64,000 bases of DNA from an uncultured Candidatus Saccharibacteria bacterium (GCA_964443125.1 CAYUBL010000001.1:16094-80093), one strand, 5' to 3'. Shown: positions 47,049 through 56,556, numbered from the stretch's first letter. The notes: generated by a model from the sequence alone, not told the origin. Made by a program: numbers and translations.

Positions 47049-47073
47049 AAAAACCACCGCTTCGGTGGTTTTT
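47049..47073. terminator. Bidirectional rho-independent terminator AAAAACCACCG-ctt-CGGTGGTTTTT (downstream of the minus-strand tRNA-Gln)
   Basis: Perfect 6-bp GC-rich stem with an A-run on one side and a T-run on the other. Confidence 0.7.
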
Positions 47074-47094
47074 AGTCGCATTTCTACTTTGGGG

Positions 47095-47165
47095 TTCCCG
47101 GGCAGGGATTCGAACCCCGATTCAGAGATCCAAAGTCTCTTGTCCTGCCTTTAGACGACCCGGGA
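47095..47165 (-). tRNA. tRNA-Gln (anticodon UUG)
   Basis: Manual fold of the reverse complement: acceptor UCCCGGG/CCCGGGA (the U1-A72 pair typical of bacterial tRNA-Gln), D arm GTCT/GGAC, anticodon stem AGAGA/TCTCT with loop CTTTGGA (U33, UUG, G37), T arm CGGGG-TTCGAAT-CCCTG, discriminator A. CCA is not encoded. Confidence 0.8.
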
Positions 47166-47310
47166 TGAATATGTTAGGTGAACATACCAAAAAAAGGACA
47201 AAACAGCAACTATGGGCGCTTTCTTTGACACTCTGCCCATTTGAGCATAGGGTGGAAGCAGGACGCGAGCACACTACCCAATTTACCCATTCCCATGAAA
47301 GGCTCTCGCC

Positions 47311-47967
47311 ATGTCAAAGTCTCGCAGAAACCTTTCAGATCCCTGCAACAAGCTCATGGATGCCCTGCGCACGAATTTTGAAGACGCACTGGATGCCGCG
47401 CGGGTGTACGATAAAATCATCGTATCTGCTCCGGCAAAAAAACAGCAAGGATTATTTTTTCTCATTGTTACGCGGCACCGCTTGCTTCGAGAAAAGAAGA
47501 GTAAGCGAGTAAAGCAGTCTCAATTCTCCCATGCCACTGCAGCCCAAGACGCATCCCTCCTGAGCAAGTACGGCGCCCTCGTTGCAAAATGGTGGAAGTC
47601 CATTTCTTTGCATAATCCCACCCAAGGAAAAGCAGCAGAGCATCTATACAACAACCTCATGCAGATAGAAGTGCCGTATGAACGGGTTGTTGCGCTGAGT
47701 TTGCTGCTCTACCATCTTCCGTACGCCCCATTCAATCCCCAGTCGCTTTCTCTCGCGCCGCCTGAAAAGCGATCGTATAATCAAATGCGAGAGCATATCC
47801 TGCCGGCGCTTGCACTCCACTACCGCCTCAACATCCAAGAAGCGGATTTCATGAATCCGCTCGATATAGCGAACGAAACCCTTGCCATTCTGGAGGGAAT
47901 TTCCGACCGCCTTGAACGCGCCGTACTTCTCCGCGAGATCCTCCGGAGTAAATTCCGGCTTGAATAA
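47311..47967 (+). CDS. Hypothetical protein
   Basis: 218-aa alpha-helical ORF. No family recognised. Confidence 0.45.
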   Translation: MSKSRRNLSDPCNKLMDALRTNFEDALDAARVYDKIIVSAPAKKQQGLFFLIVTRHRLLREKKSKRVKQSQFSHATAAQDASLLSKYGALVAKWWKSISLHNPTQGKAAEHLYNNLMQIEVPYERVVALSLLLYHLPYAPFNPQSLSLAPPEKRSYNQMREHILPALALHYRLNIQEADFMNPLDIANETLAILEGISDRLERAVLLREILRSKFRLE

Positions 47968-48070
47968 TGCGCCCTTTATTTTGCCACGAGTAGCTGACAC
48001 TTTCGTGGCATTTTTTCTTGCGTCTTCCTGGCGCATGGTACGATGAAATCATATCTTTTTCTCCACCCGC

Positions 48071-51000
48071 ATGGCATTTTCCGCTCAACATAAGAAGACC
48101 GTGTTGTATCTCGTACTTGTGGGGGGAGTTGCTATCGTCGCCGCGGCCATGCTGTATGGGCAAATTATCAAACCAACCGATATCGCCACCCAAGTCGTCC
48201 CGGATTCCGGGGCGGCTATTTGTGAAACGGAAAACGAAGTCTCTTTTCCGGACAATGCCCCTTGGGGGTTAACGGAACTGTACAAACGGCGCTTGCGCGG
48301 AGAAGCGAGCGCGCGACCGACAAGCATCGATACGCGCAACGGAACGTACACATGGACGGCGGCAAACGGGCATTTTGATTTGGCACAGCCGGAGATGGCG
48401 ATTTTCCATGACTTGCAGTGTACCAACCCAACCGACTATTCCGGCGGAGCCGGCGGCCGGGAATACGTGCGTTTAACCAACGCCGCCGGACTCAACAGCG
48501 CGCGCAACAAGAACTACGCCGGAAGCGTTTCGTACGGCACCGACCAGCGGACCTTTTCCAGCGACGGAAGTTGGGCATCGATTACTTCTTCCGGGCGATG
48601 CGTGCCGGGAGTTACCAGCTGTTCTACGTCGACATCAACGCCGATGCTGTACAAGTCCGATGGATCCGTCGGCAGATACGTCCGATTTGAGCCGAACGTG
48701 AACCCCCCTTCAGGATTCAACTTCGGGTGGGGAGGTGCGACCGAACCGAATATGCTGTACTGGACGGCAAACTTCAAGTACCTCGCCGATCTGTTTGTCA
48801 CTGACCTTGCGACCGGAACGTCTTCGCGGGTAGCGTCGGATATATTCAAAAATTCCAGCCATGGCTCGGATCAGCGGAAAATCGTCCGTTCTCCCGTCGC
48901 CGACAACGGCCTATTGCTTGTGAGCGATACGGTAGAAATCGGCGTCGGCAATGGGCTCGATTGGAAACTGATGCCGGTTGCCGTTGCGTCGGTTTCCGAC
49001 GGACCCAATGGCGCCAATACGCGGATCACGTTCACCGGAGAGCACGGGCTTGAGGTCCGCGATCGACTGCGCATGCAAGGCCCGCCCGATATTTCATGCA
49101 AATCAGACAATTCATGCAACTCGATAGGAGAGCGGCGCGTGGTGACCGACATCGTTGATAGCGTGACGGTCGATATTGCAGACGGCCAATTCACCGATTG
49201 GATCAACACGCATCGAAACGAATTCGACTTGGTAGACGTTACCGGATTTACGCTCAAGTATGAGCGATACCGGCAAAAAGTATTCATGTATGACGTGCTC
49301 AACAAAGAAATGGCCGGAGAATACTTTACCGACATCGGACTTGTCGACACCACCGGCCGAGGGTACATCCACAACCAAGGCGAAGAATACCGCATGCACT
49401 CATTCGGCATGTCGCAAACAGGAACGTTCTGGAACGGAACATTCGGTTCCATTTCCGCGACAAGCGAAGGAATTCCGTTCCGTTTCCCCACAAATACGAC
49501 ATCGCCTTCGCCTGAAGACGTGCAAATGCTCGGGAAAAATCCCTGCGAAGCGGGCAGCTGGCCATACTTCGGACATTCCGCATTCGGCCCGCTGGCCGAC
49601 CAGGTCGTGGTGGCAGACGGCACAAAATGCGGAGCGAATGAACACAACATGTCGCTCTGGAGACTGCACGATGCCACGTTTCTTAAAACAATCGAACTTC
49701 CCGCAACGGCAGGGGGCGTGCTTCATGCGCGCTGGCAATCCAACAACAAGTGGATGTATGTGAGTGTAAAGCCGAAAGGGGAAACCACAACCAGCCGCAT
49801 GCTTCTGCGATGCGATACGGACGCCGACAGCGACCATTGCGAAACGATCGCGCGAGGGTATGTAGGAGAAACTCCATCGACCGACAGCGGCACCATTCGT
49901 CCGAAGAGCAGTCCTGACGGCACGAAAGTACTGCTCAATTCCAGCGAATTCAACGGCAGAGGAAACCAGTCGGGAGTCGAATACAAGAATATCGTCGACG
50001 TATTCTATGCCGTCAGCTTTATGCCGGAACCTCCAAGCACGCTTGCTGCCGACAGTGCGGGAGTCCTTTCTTGGTCCGTGCCTACGATTCCTCTGCAAGG
50101 AGAAAACATCCCCATCCAAGAAGCGAAGGGATACCATGTGTACGAGAGCAGCAATACCGCGGCAAATAACTGCACGGGGCCATGGACGCGCATCAGCGCC
50201 GAAGCTTCATCAGCTCTATCCTTGAATGTATCCGGCCGCATCGGCGCAGGACAGAGCAAATGCTACGCCGCCACAACGGAAGAGACCTCCTCGCTCGAAT
50301 CCAACATGCTCGGCAATCGCGTCATTGTCACCAATACCGGCAGCGGCTTTACATCCGCACCCGGGGGAGAGAAAGGCGTTACCGGATTCGACACAACGGC
50401 GCCTGTCGCCCCGACGCTTACGCTCGCATCGTTCCGTTCGATTTATGGACAGGCAAACGCATACGTCAACGGACTCACGTTCACTGCTCCGGAAGATTCG
50501 GACACCAGGTATTACAATATCTACTACGCAAGCGAAGGCACTCCCGCATGCGATCAAGCACATCTTGCATGGTCGATTCCGCGCGCTTCGATTGCAACGT
50601 TTGCAACTGAAGGCGGGGAGCGTCCGTTCTTCGATTACCTTGCCGACCCCGACTCTTCCGGAGCATACTACGCCATCCAAGCCATCGACCGCGCCGGCAA
50701 TGCATCCTCCTGCGCATACGGCGGAACAGGTGGCCCGTCCGTAGCGCCCGCCACACCAACCCCGACGCCCAGCGCTACGCCGACACCAACGCCAACTCCG
50801 ACCGCAACACCATCACCAACTCCTGCTGCAACACCGACACCTACCCCCGCTCCCACCCAGAACGTTACCCAAGCAAGCTCGAGCGAAGAGAAAAGCTCTT
50901 CGTCATCAGGAGATGGCGGAGGAGGACGCGAGAATGAAGCGCCTGCCCCGACTCCGAAGCCGCGCATCTATACCTTCCAATCAGAAACCGGGCACAAGAT

Positions 51001-51364
51001 TTCCGGCCCGTATTCCGGTGTAGAGCCATCCAAAAAAACGATCGTGCTTGCCGCGAATAATTCCAGACTGGAACGATCCGTATCTGTCCCGCGTGGCGAC
51101 TACTGGCTCGACGTGCAAGTAAAGAACGATACTCCCGCTCCGGTATATTTTGCGGTATATCTTGACGGCAAAGCATGGAAAATCGTCCGCGCAATCCAAG
51201 GAACCAATGCCTATCGGCTTGAGCGCGCAGGGCTGCTGAGAAACTTCAGCAGCGGAACGATCGCATTTCGCATGATCAACGACACCTACGATAAATCGCA
51301 GCCTACCAATGCAGCTAAAGACCGCAACCTGCATATCGACTGGTGGCGCCTGGTATCCTACTAG
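48071..51364 (+). CDS. Large secreted/cell-surface protein (1097 aa) with N-terminal signal anchor, Fn3/Ig-like regions, a PT-repeat linker and a C-terminal carbohydrate-binding-module-like domain
   Basis: N-terminal [20 protein letters not shown]. Gly/Ser/Thr-rich beta-type composition. Linker [35 protein letters not shown] roughly 130-aa C-terminal beta-rich domain ending ...[10 protein letters not shown]. Confidence 0.6.
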   Translation: MAFSAQHKKTVLYLVLVGGVAIVAAAMLYGQIIKPTDIATQVVPDSGAAICETENEVSFPDNAPWGLTELYKRRLRGEASARPTSIDTRNGTYTWTAANGHFDLAQPEMAIFHDLQCTNPTDYSGGAGGREYVRLTNAAGLNSARNKNYAGSVSYGTDQRTFSSDGSWASITSSGRCVPGVTSCSTSTSTPMLYKSDGSVGRYVRFEPNVNPPSGFNFGWGGATEPNMLYWTANFKYLADLFVTDLATGTSSRVASDIFKNSSHGSDQRKIVRSPVADNGLLLVSDTVEIGVGNGLDWKLMPVAVASVSDGPNGANTRITFTGEHGLEVRDRLRMQGPPDISCKSDNSCNSIGERRVVTDIVDSVTVDIADGQFTDWINTHRNEFDLVDVTGFTLKYERYRQKVFMYDVLNKEMAGEYFTDIGLVDTTGRGYIHNQGEEYRMHSFGMSQTGTFWNGTFGSISATSEGIPFRFPTNTTSPSPEDVQMLGKNPCEAGSWPYFGHSAFGPLADQVVVADGTKCGANEHNMSLWRLHDATFLKTIELPATAGGVLHARWQSNNKWMYVSVKPKGETTTSRMLLRCDTDADSDHCETIARGYVGETPSTDSGTIRPKSSPDGTKVLLNSSEFNGRGNQSGVEYKNIVDVFYAVSFMPEPPSTLAADSAGVLSWSVPTIPLQGENIPIQEAKGYHVYESSNTAANNCTGPWTRISAEASSALSLNVSGRIGAGQSKCYAATTEETSSLESNMLGNRVIVTNTGSGFTSAPGGEKGVTGFDTTAPVAPTLTLASFRSIYGQANAYVNGLTFTAPEDSDTRYYNIYYASEGTPACDQAHLAWSIPRASIATFATEGGERPFFDYLADPDSSGAYYAIQAIDRAGNASSCAYGGTGGPSVAPATPTPTPSATPTPTPTPTATPSPTPAATPTPTPAPTQNVTQASSSEEKSSSSSGDGGGGRENEAPAPTPKPRIYTFQSETGHKISGPYSGVEPSKKTIVLAANNSRLERSVSVPRGDYWLDVQVKNDTPAPVYFAVYLDGKAWKIVRAIQGTNAYRLERAGLLRNFSSGTIAFRMINDTYDKSQPTNAAKDRNLHIDWWRLVSY
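50755..50860 (+). repeat. Low-complexity ACN/CCN codon repeat encoding the Pro-Thr linker
   Basis: Degenerate tandem CCAAC/CCGAC/ACACC repeats within the large surface-protein gene. Confidence 0.7.
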
Positions 51365-51379
51365 TGATATACTTGCAGC

Positions 51380-51910
51380 ATGGTTTCCGAATATGTCTTT
51401 TCTCCCATCTTTCTCACGACCGTCCTGTTGCCGCTTACGCTGTGGTCTGCGTTCTGGAAGGGAGTCGCGCTCTGGCGTGCCGGGCGCAATAAGCAAACAT
51501 CATGGTTTATCGCACTTCTCGTCATCAATACGGCGGGTATCTTAGAAATCATCTACCTACTCTTCTTCGCTGAAAGCCAAGCGCAAAAACGCCGGGAAGC
51601 ATACCAATCCAAAGATACTGCGCTCTCAAAAACTGCGGCAACCATGGAGCATTTTCCCGCACGGAAACAGGCAATTATTTCCATTCTCATGAGCCTGCTG
51701 GATACCGAACACCAAAACACCATCTCCCAACAATCCCTCGACCGCATCGTCGATGCCATAGAAAAACGGCTGGACGGAGAACTCAATCAATCGGATTTCC
51801 TCAACATGCTCGATGCAGACATGAGCAAAGGGGGAGCGGGGCTCTATGCCCAAACGGCGCAGAAAATCGCTTCCCACATCGAAGCTGTCATCAACGCATC
51901 CAAGAAATAG
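51380..51910 (+). CDS. Hypothetical membrane protein (two N-terminal TM helices plus a soluble helical domain)
   Basis: 176 aa starting MVSEYVFSPIFLTTVLLPLTLWSAFWKGVALW. Confidence 0.45.
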   Translation: MVSEYVFSPIFLTTVLLPLTLWSAFWKGVALWRAGRNKQTSWFIALLVINTAGILEIIYLLFFAESQAQKRREAYQSKDTALSKTAATMEHFPARKQAIISILMSLLDTEHQNTISQQSLDRIVDAIEKRLDGELNQSDFLNMLDADMSKGGAGLYAQTAQKIASHIEAVINASKK

Positions 51911-51917
51911 GGGAATC

Positions 51918-51946
51918 TTGCCAATAGTTCCCATCCATGGTATATA
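51918..51946 (+). promoter_or_regulatory. Sigma-70-type promoter (-35 TTGCCA, 17-nt spacer, -10 TATATA)
   Basis: TTGCCA at 51918-51923 and TATATA at 51941-51946, upstream of the 51996 small ORF. Confidence 0.45.
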
Positions 51947-51995
51947 GGATGGGGTTCCGTTTTTCCGTTGCCCCTGCACAGAAAGCACCTTACCA

Positions 51996-52190
51996 ATGAG
52001 GGAAACGTTTCAGGTTTGGTTTATGCCGGTGTATCTCATCTTGTATGCCATGTGCGCCGGGATGGCGACGCTGCTTTTGGTCGTCTTCCTCGCAGGCACC
52101 GGGAGCATACTGATCATCGCGAGAAAGAAATTCATCGCAAGCTTTCTCGCGATCATCACGCTCATCGCGACAATCACTCTGTTGTACTAA
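51996..52190 (+). CDS. Small hydrophobic protein (64 aa, 2 TM)
   Basis: Hydrophobic ORF downstream of a promoter-like element. No convincing RBS. Confidence 0.3.
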   Translation: MRETFQVWFMPVYLILYAMCAGMATLLLVVFLAGTGSILIIARKKFIASFLAIITLIATITLLY

Positions 52191-52205
52191 TATCAGGAGA
52201 TCTCT

Positions 52206-52769
52206 ATGCATCAAGACAAAATATTCGACTACGCCACACGACTCGATTGCATAGATGCCATGCACACTGCCGCCCAGCTGGCAGTAAACAGGCTTCCCAA
52301 CGAAGCCATCATGAAAGCGCTCCTGGCCGGCTTCATGCTGGACAATGCGGAGGAACCGATCGAAACCGTACTTGCCGGCTTTCTATGCGACGCAGTTGTG
52401 TGCGAGCGCATTCCGATCTCCCAGGTATGGAAGCAGTTCGGCGTTATCGTCGCCGAGAGAATCCAGGTCTGCAGCGAAGACAGCGCTCTGCAAGATGCAG
52501 CGGCGAAGAGTGCGGATCTTTTCCGCACCGTACAAGACTACGGAAGAGACGCGATTGTCCTGCAAACCGCACGAATGGCGGTACAATCAAGGATCTTCAG
52601 CTCTTCCACTCAGCACAAGCAACCGGCAGAAAGCGACTTCGATACGCTCAAGGCGTTCGAACGATGGTATGCGTTGGCGAAAGAGGAGATCCCCAACCAT
52701 CCCGCCACACGATCGCTCGCGGGGAACATTCGTCTGATTCAGCAAGATTTGCAATCGATCAAACCGTAA
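52206..52769 (+). CDS. Hypothetical protein
   Basis: 187-aa helical ORF with AGGAGA RBS 7 nt upstream. No family recognised. Confidence 0.5.
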   Translation: MHQDKIFDYATRLDCIDAMHTAAQLAVNRLPNEAIMKALLAGFMLDNAEEPIETVLAGFLCDAVVCERIPISQVWKQFGVIVAERIQVCSEDSALQDAAAKSADLFRTVQDYGRDAIVLQTARMAVQSRIFSSSTQHKQPAESDFDTLKAFERWYALAKEEIPNHPATRSLAGNIRLIQQDLQSIKP

Positions 52770-52854
52770 CCACAGAGCGCTCCCTCCCGGCCGTCTTACG
52801 TATCTCGTACTCTTCGGGAATGCGTAGGGCGGCCTTTTTCTTCCTCTGATACTT

Positions 52855-53205
52855 TTGTATACTGACAATATGAATCTCTTTATCCGCTGGCTTATCTCTG
52901 CGCTTGCAGTCGGAATCACGGCGCTTCTCTTGCCCGGCGTCTCCGTTTCCGGATTTTTCACTGCGCTCACCATCGCCGCAGTTATCGCTCTCATCAATAT
53001 ATTCCTCAAACCCATCCTCGTACTGCTCACACTTCCCATTACGCTGCTCACCCTTGGGCTGTTTCTCATCGTCATCGACGCGGTGCTCATCCTCATCGCA
53101 TCCGCAATCGTCCCGGGCTTTGCCGTTGCGGGATTTTGGTCCGCGCTGTTTTTCGCTATTATCCTTTCCATCGTCAACTCCATTCTCTCAGCCTTCGAAA
53201 AGTGA
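52855..53205 (+). CDS. Four-TM membrane protein of the phage-holin-4_2 / DUF360-like family
   Basis: LFIRWLISALAVGITALLLPGVSVSGFFTALTIAAVIALINIFLKPILVLLTLPITLLTLGLFLIVIDAVLIL...VPGFAVAGFWSALFFAIIL matches the PF04020-type pattern. Confidence 0.55.
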   Translation: MYTDNMNLFIRWLISALAVGITALLLPGVSVSGFFTALTIAAVIALINIFLKPILVLLTLPITLLTLGLFLIVIDAVLILIASAIVPGFAVAGFWSALFFAIILSIVNSILSAFEK

Positions 53206-53257
53206 TACGATACAAGTGAAGTTCTGAACATTTCACACACCCCCAGAAAAGGAGCTT

Positions 53258-53623
53258 GTGGTGGCTTTGCACTTTTCGCCCCCTACGGCAGACATCACGG
53301 ACTGGGATATCCTCAAGCTGCTTCCGCCGAATTCCAATACCGTGCGGGAAGCTCTTGAGGACCAGCTCCATCGCCTGGAGCACTTGCCGGTTACGATTCC
53401 CGAAGCAGACTATGCAACCATCCTCGAGAACATCGCCTGTATTTGCGATAGCGCAATCACACATGGCCTGCACCACGACCCGCTTCGTTCCATCAAGTTC
53501 ACGCTCAGACAAATCCTGGATACCGCCGAGTTTCTCTATCCCCGCGTCCCGTTCAACGGATCGGCAGATGCCATCAATCTCACGCTACTCAACCTGCGCC
53601 ACTTGTATGCATCCGTTTACTAG
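53258..53623 (+). CDS. Hypothetical protein
   Basis: 121-aa ORF with an apparent GTG start after GGAG. A terminator follows it. Confidence 0.4.
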   Translation: MVALHFSPPTADITDWDILKLLPPNSNTVREALEDQLHRLEHLPVTIPEADYATILENIACICDSAITHGLHHDPLRSIKFTLRQILDTAEFLYPRVPFNGSADAINLTLLNLRHLYASVY

Positions 53624-53654
53624 GAAACAAGCGCACCATACACCCTCTTTTTAT

Positions 53655-53681
53655 CGCCCGGACTTTCCCCGGGCGTTTTTG
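53655..53681 (+). terminator. Rho-independent terminator CGCCCGG-actttcc-CCGGGCG-TTTTT
   Basis: 7-bp GC stem plus T-run directly after the 53258-53623 ORF. Confidence 0.7.
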
Positions 53682-53757
53682 CGCGTATCGTTGCAATACA
53701 CGTCATCATATGCCGTAGTAGGCGCACAAACACGAACATTCCAATAAGGAGAAACCA

Positions 53758-53982
53758 GTGCACCTTCAATCCATCGCAGAACCCCGCCCGATCGTCCAAG
53801 CCCTCTTGACCATTCTGTCCTTGGTTCTCGCGCCTCCTCTTATCCTGTGCTTCGCCTGCATTGCCGTTGCGCTCAATCTGTTCTTTACAAGACAAGGACA
53901 AAGAGCTCTCGTGGTGTTCATAATCGGCGTCCTCATCCTATCCTTTTGGATATGGATTATAGGCGCCATCCGAACCCCTTGA
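53758..53982 (+). CDS. Small membrane protein (74 aa, 2 TM)
   Basis: GTG start with AAGGAGA RBS (6-nt spacer). Two hydrophobic helices. A terminator follows. Confidence 0.5.
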   Translation: MHLQSIAEPRPIVQALLTILSLVLAPPLILCFACIAVALNLFFTRQGQRALVVFIIGVLILSFWIWIIGAIRTP

Positions 53983-54008
53983 TGACAGAGCGCATCAACT
54001 CAACCCCC

Positions 54009-54036
54009 AACGCCGATCACCCGATCGGCGTTTTTT
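54009..54036 (+). terminator. Rho-independent terminator CGCCGATC-accc-GATCGGCG-TTTTTT; left edge of the AT-rich island
   Basis: 8-bp perfect stem followed by T6. GC content drops sharply to its right. Confidence 0.7.
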
Positions 54037-54481
54037 CTTGCTCAAGTTTTTCTAGTTGTATTTTGCGGAGTTGTTCATATATAGCATCAACCTCTTGCTC
54101 TATTACAGAGCGATCATGCCCTTGAGTCTCTAGCTCCCAAAGTACTTCTTCTACCGCTTTATCAAAATCATTGCCATATTTCACATTAATCTTTTTCCAA
54201 TGCACATTTGCAAATAGCTTTGCAATATCGGGGGAATAGGCAATTTTACCAAGCAGCATGAGCACAGCGATCATCGGATACCCGATGTACTTCTGCCAAT
54301 ACGTTCCATTATCATTTGAAATCATCGCGCTTGCGTCCGCATTCCATTTCACCACATACGATTTATCGCGAGATGAAGACGTAACTTTTGCCTTGTTCCC
54401 ATCCAGCAGATCGACACGCCCATCTGCCACGGTAGATAGCGCCTCATATACTTTTGCCTTTGGTGGAACTTTCCAGAGCAT
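54017..54481 (-). CDS. Hypothetical protein (minus strand, divergent from the nuclease-like gene)
   Basis: About 154-aa ORF (start taken as MLWKVPPKAK). Its 3' end runs into the terminator stem, so the exact end is uncertain. No family recognised. Confidence 0.35.
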   Translation of the reverse strand: MLWKVPPKAKVYEALSTVADGRVDLLDGNKAKVTSSSRDKSYVVKWNADASAMISNDNGTYWQKYIGYPMIAVLMLLGKIAYSPDIAKLFANVHWKKINVKYGNDFDKAVEEVLWELETQGHDRSVIEQEVDAIYEQLRKIQLEKLEQEKTPIG

Positions 54482-54538
54482 ATACTCATCATATCGAAAA
54501 ATATTCGGTTTTTGTACGTTATAAGATAGAATACAAAC

Positions 54539-55030
54539 ATGCCTATCCAGAAACAAAATGTTGGCAATGCAGGAGAGTATTACATTGCTGCTAGACTATC
54601 TGCAGAGAATTTTATCGCGACAATAACTCTGGGCCGTGCTGAAAAGTACGATATTCTTGCGCTAAGCCCAACCTCTAGAAGTGTACGACTTTCCGTCAAA
54701 ACGCAATTCTTAAAAACATCAAAATCATTCCCCCTGTCCGAAAAGGATGAAAGAGGGGAGTCAGAAGATTTTTACTATTGTTTTATCCGACTCAATGAAT
54801 TTCAGCAAGAGCCTGATTTTTGGATCATACCAAGCACTATTGTATGTCCGATACTAAAAAATTCACACGCAAAATGGCTAAGCGGAATGGGTAAGAACGG
54901 CCACATCAGAAAAGATACCTCGATGAGACTCCTGCCGCTGATCGTTTCGAGCGGATTACTAGAATTCTATCCCGAAAAATGGGAAGATGACTTAGCGCAG
55001 TATTACAAAAATATTGAACAATTGACCTAA
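54539..55030 (+). CDS. PD-(D/E)xK-fold (Hjc/restriction-endonuclease-like) nuclease candidate
   Basis: N-terminal VGNAGEYYIAARLSAENF...AEKYDILAL...VRLSVKT reproduces the GxxGE-x(n)-DIxA-x(n)-(E/S)VK pattern of Hjc-type resolvases and small restriction-like nucleases. The third acidic position is Ser. Confidence 0.45.
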   Translation: MPIQKQNVGNAGEYYIAARLSAENFIATITLGRAEKYDILALSPTSRSVRLSVKTQFLKTSKSFPLSEKDERGESEDFYYCFIRLNEFQQEPDFWIIPSTIVCPILKNSHAKWLSGMGKNGHIRKDTSMRLLPLIVSSGLLEFYPEKWEDDLAQYYKNIEQLT

Positions 55031-55043
55031 AAGAATATAAGAA

Positions 55044-55544
55044 ATGAGAAAAACAATTATAATATCACCGACAAAACCATTAATAGTAACAATAACACCA
55101 CTTGCTCTTGCTATAATATCCGATGATTTTCATAACGCAGCAGAAAAACTCTCGATTAAAGATCGTATTTCTTTGGTAAAATATTATTTGTACCTAGCGG
55201 CAATAGAGAGAGGATTAAAAGCAGCTATCCTAAGCAAAGAATTCACGAAAGAAAAAAAGGGGTATCTGAAAAATAGAATCGGACATGATATCGAAAGGCT
55301 ATATCAAGATTTTAAAAAATCATTTGCTTTGGATTTATTCAACAAAAGTGACCTAAAATCTTTAAAAAAAGCTAACGCGAGATACAGAGACAAGGGATTT
55401 GAATACTTTGACAGTGATATGCTGTATCAAGCAGCAATAGGGTTTAAAGATTTACCAAGCCTAGAAGGGATTCGCAGTATAAGCAAGAAAGTTAATGCTT
55501 TTCTTATACGAAATAAGTCTTTCATAGAACAGGGGTCCAGCTAA
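55044..55544 (+). CDS. Hypothetical alpha-helical protein (loose HEPN-like resemblance, unconfirmed)
   Basis: 166 aa with ERGLKAAILSKEF...LKNRIGHDIERLY. A charged R-x-x-H-D-x-E patch in a helical scaffold, which does not cleanly fit the Rx4-6H motif. Confidence 0.3.
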   Translation: MRKTIIISPTKPLIVTITPLALAIISDDFHNAAEKLSIKDRISLVKYYLYLAAIERGLKAAILSKEFTKEKKGYLKNRIGHDIERLYQDFKKSFALDLFNKSDLKSLKKANARYRDKGFEYFDSDMLYQAAIGFKDLPSLEGIRSISKKVNAFLIRNKSFIEQGSS

Positions 55545-55592
55545 TATTCGGTTTTTGTATCTAGTAAAAATGGGATACTATTAATATTAGGT

Positions 55593-56549
55593 ATGTCTAC
55601 AAGACAAGCAGTCAAGAATATACAAGAGGAATTTGGCCTTAGTCCAATATATGCTGAACGAGTTTACTCGTTAGCAAATAAAGATAATTTATCTGAAGAC
55701 GTGGCACGGATTATCGCGGAAAAGCCCAAACCTTTTGTAAAATGGGTAGGAGGCAAACGCCAGCTTTTGACACAGTTTAAAACTCTCAATCTCTACCCTC
55801 CATCTCGTTTTGATATTCATAAAGGAACGTATTATGAGCCTTTTATTGGTGGAGGCGCTGTATTCTTCGATCTCCTACCAGCAAAGGCGGTTCTATCTGA
55901 TTTAAACGAAGAACTCGTCATCACATACAAAGTTATTCAACATGATGCACAAAAACTCATTGAATCTTTAAAAAAGCATAAGAACAACAAAGAATATTTT
56001 CTAAAAGTACGAGCGCTGGACTGGAAAGACTTGAGCGACATTGAAACTGCTTCTCGATTTATTTTCTTAAATCGAACTTGTTTTAATGGGCTGTATCGAG
56101 TTAACAGCAAAGGGCAATTCAATGTTCCATTTGGAAAGTATGTAAAACCTCTTATTTGCGATGAAGAGAATATAAGAAAAGTATCAAAAGCACTACAGGG
56201 CATTAAGATCATACATAGTGACTATAAAAAAACAGTACGCAAAGCTCAAGAAGGAGACTTTGTATATTTTGACCCACCTTACTATCCAATCAGTAAAACG
56301 TCGTCATTTACCTCGTATACAAAAGAGTCTTTTTTAGAGAACAATCAGATAGAGCTTCGAGACACGTTTGCAGAATTGCACAAAAGGGGCTGTTTTATAA
56401 TGCTCTCGAACTCTGATACACCATTTATTAATGATATTTACTCTACAATCAAAGGGGCCACTATTACAAAGGTTCGTGCCGGTAGGGCGGTAAACGCCAA
56501 TGCGAGAGGGAGAGGGAAGATTGCCGAGATTCTCGTAACTAATTACTAA
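55593..56549 (+). CDS. Dam-family (D12 class) N6-adenine DNA methyltransferase
   Basis: Collinear with E. coli Dam/DpnM: FVKWVGGKRQLL, YYEPFIGGGAVFF (motif I), FLNRTCFNGLYRVNSKGQFNVPFGKY, and DFVYFDPPYYPISKTSSFTSYT (motif IV DPPY). Confidence 0.85.
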   Translation: MSTRQAVKNIQEEFGLSPIYAERVYSLANKDNLSEDVARIIAEKPKPFVKWVGGKRQLLTQFKTLNLYPPSRFDIHKGTYYEPFIGGGAVFFDLLPAKAVLSDLNEELVITYKVIQHDAQKLIESLKKHKNNKEYFLKVRALDWKDLSDIETASRFIFLNRTCFNGLYRVNSKGQFNVPFGKYVKPLICDEENIRKVSKALQGIKIIHSDYKKTVRKAQEGDFVYFDPPYYPISKTSSFTSYTKESFLENNQIELRDTFAELHKRGCFIMLSNSDTPFINDIYSTIKGATITKVRAGRAVNANARGRGKIAEILVTNY

Positions 56550-56556
56550 AAATAAT

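Noticed and set aside
46862-47049. Possible tmRNA, SRP RNA or 6S RNA in the hairpin-rich interval next to tRNA-Gln
   Set aside because: No tmRNA tag-reading frame or TΨC-containing tRNA-like 3' domain was found. There is no convincing SRP domain IV motif (only a loose GUCAGG...CCGGA.AGGAA resemblance) and no 6S-like end pairing. Kept as an unexplained structured region in the findings instead.
50755-50860. Short periodic DNA repeats, briefly considered as a CRISPR-like or VNTR array
   Set aside because: The repeats are degenerate, lie in frame within a large CDS, and simply encode a Pro-Thr linker. There are no unique spacers, and no other CRISPR array was seen anywhere in the window.
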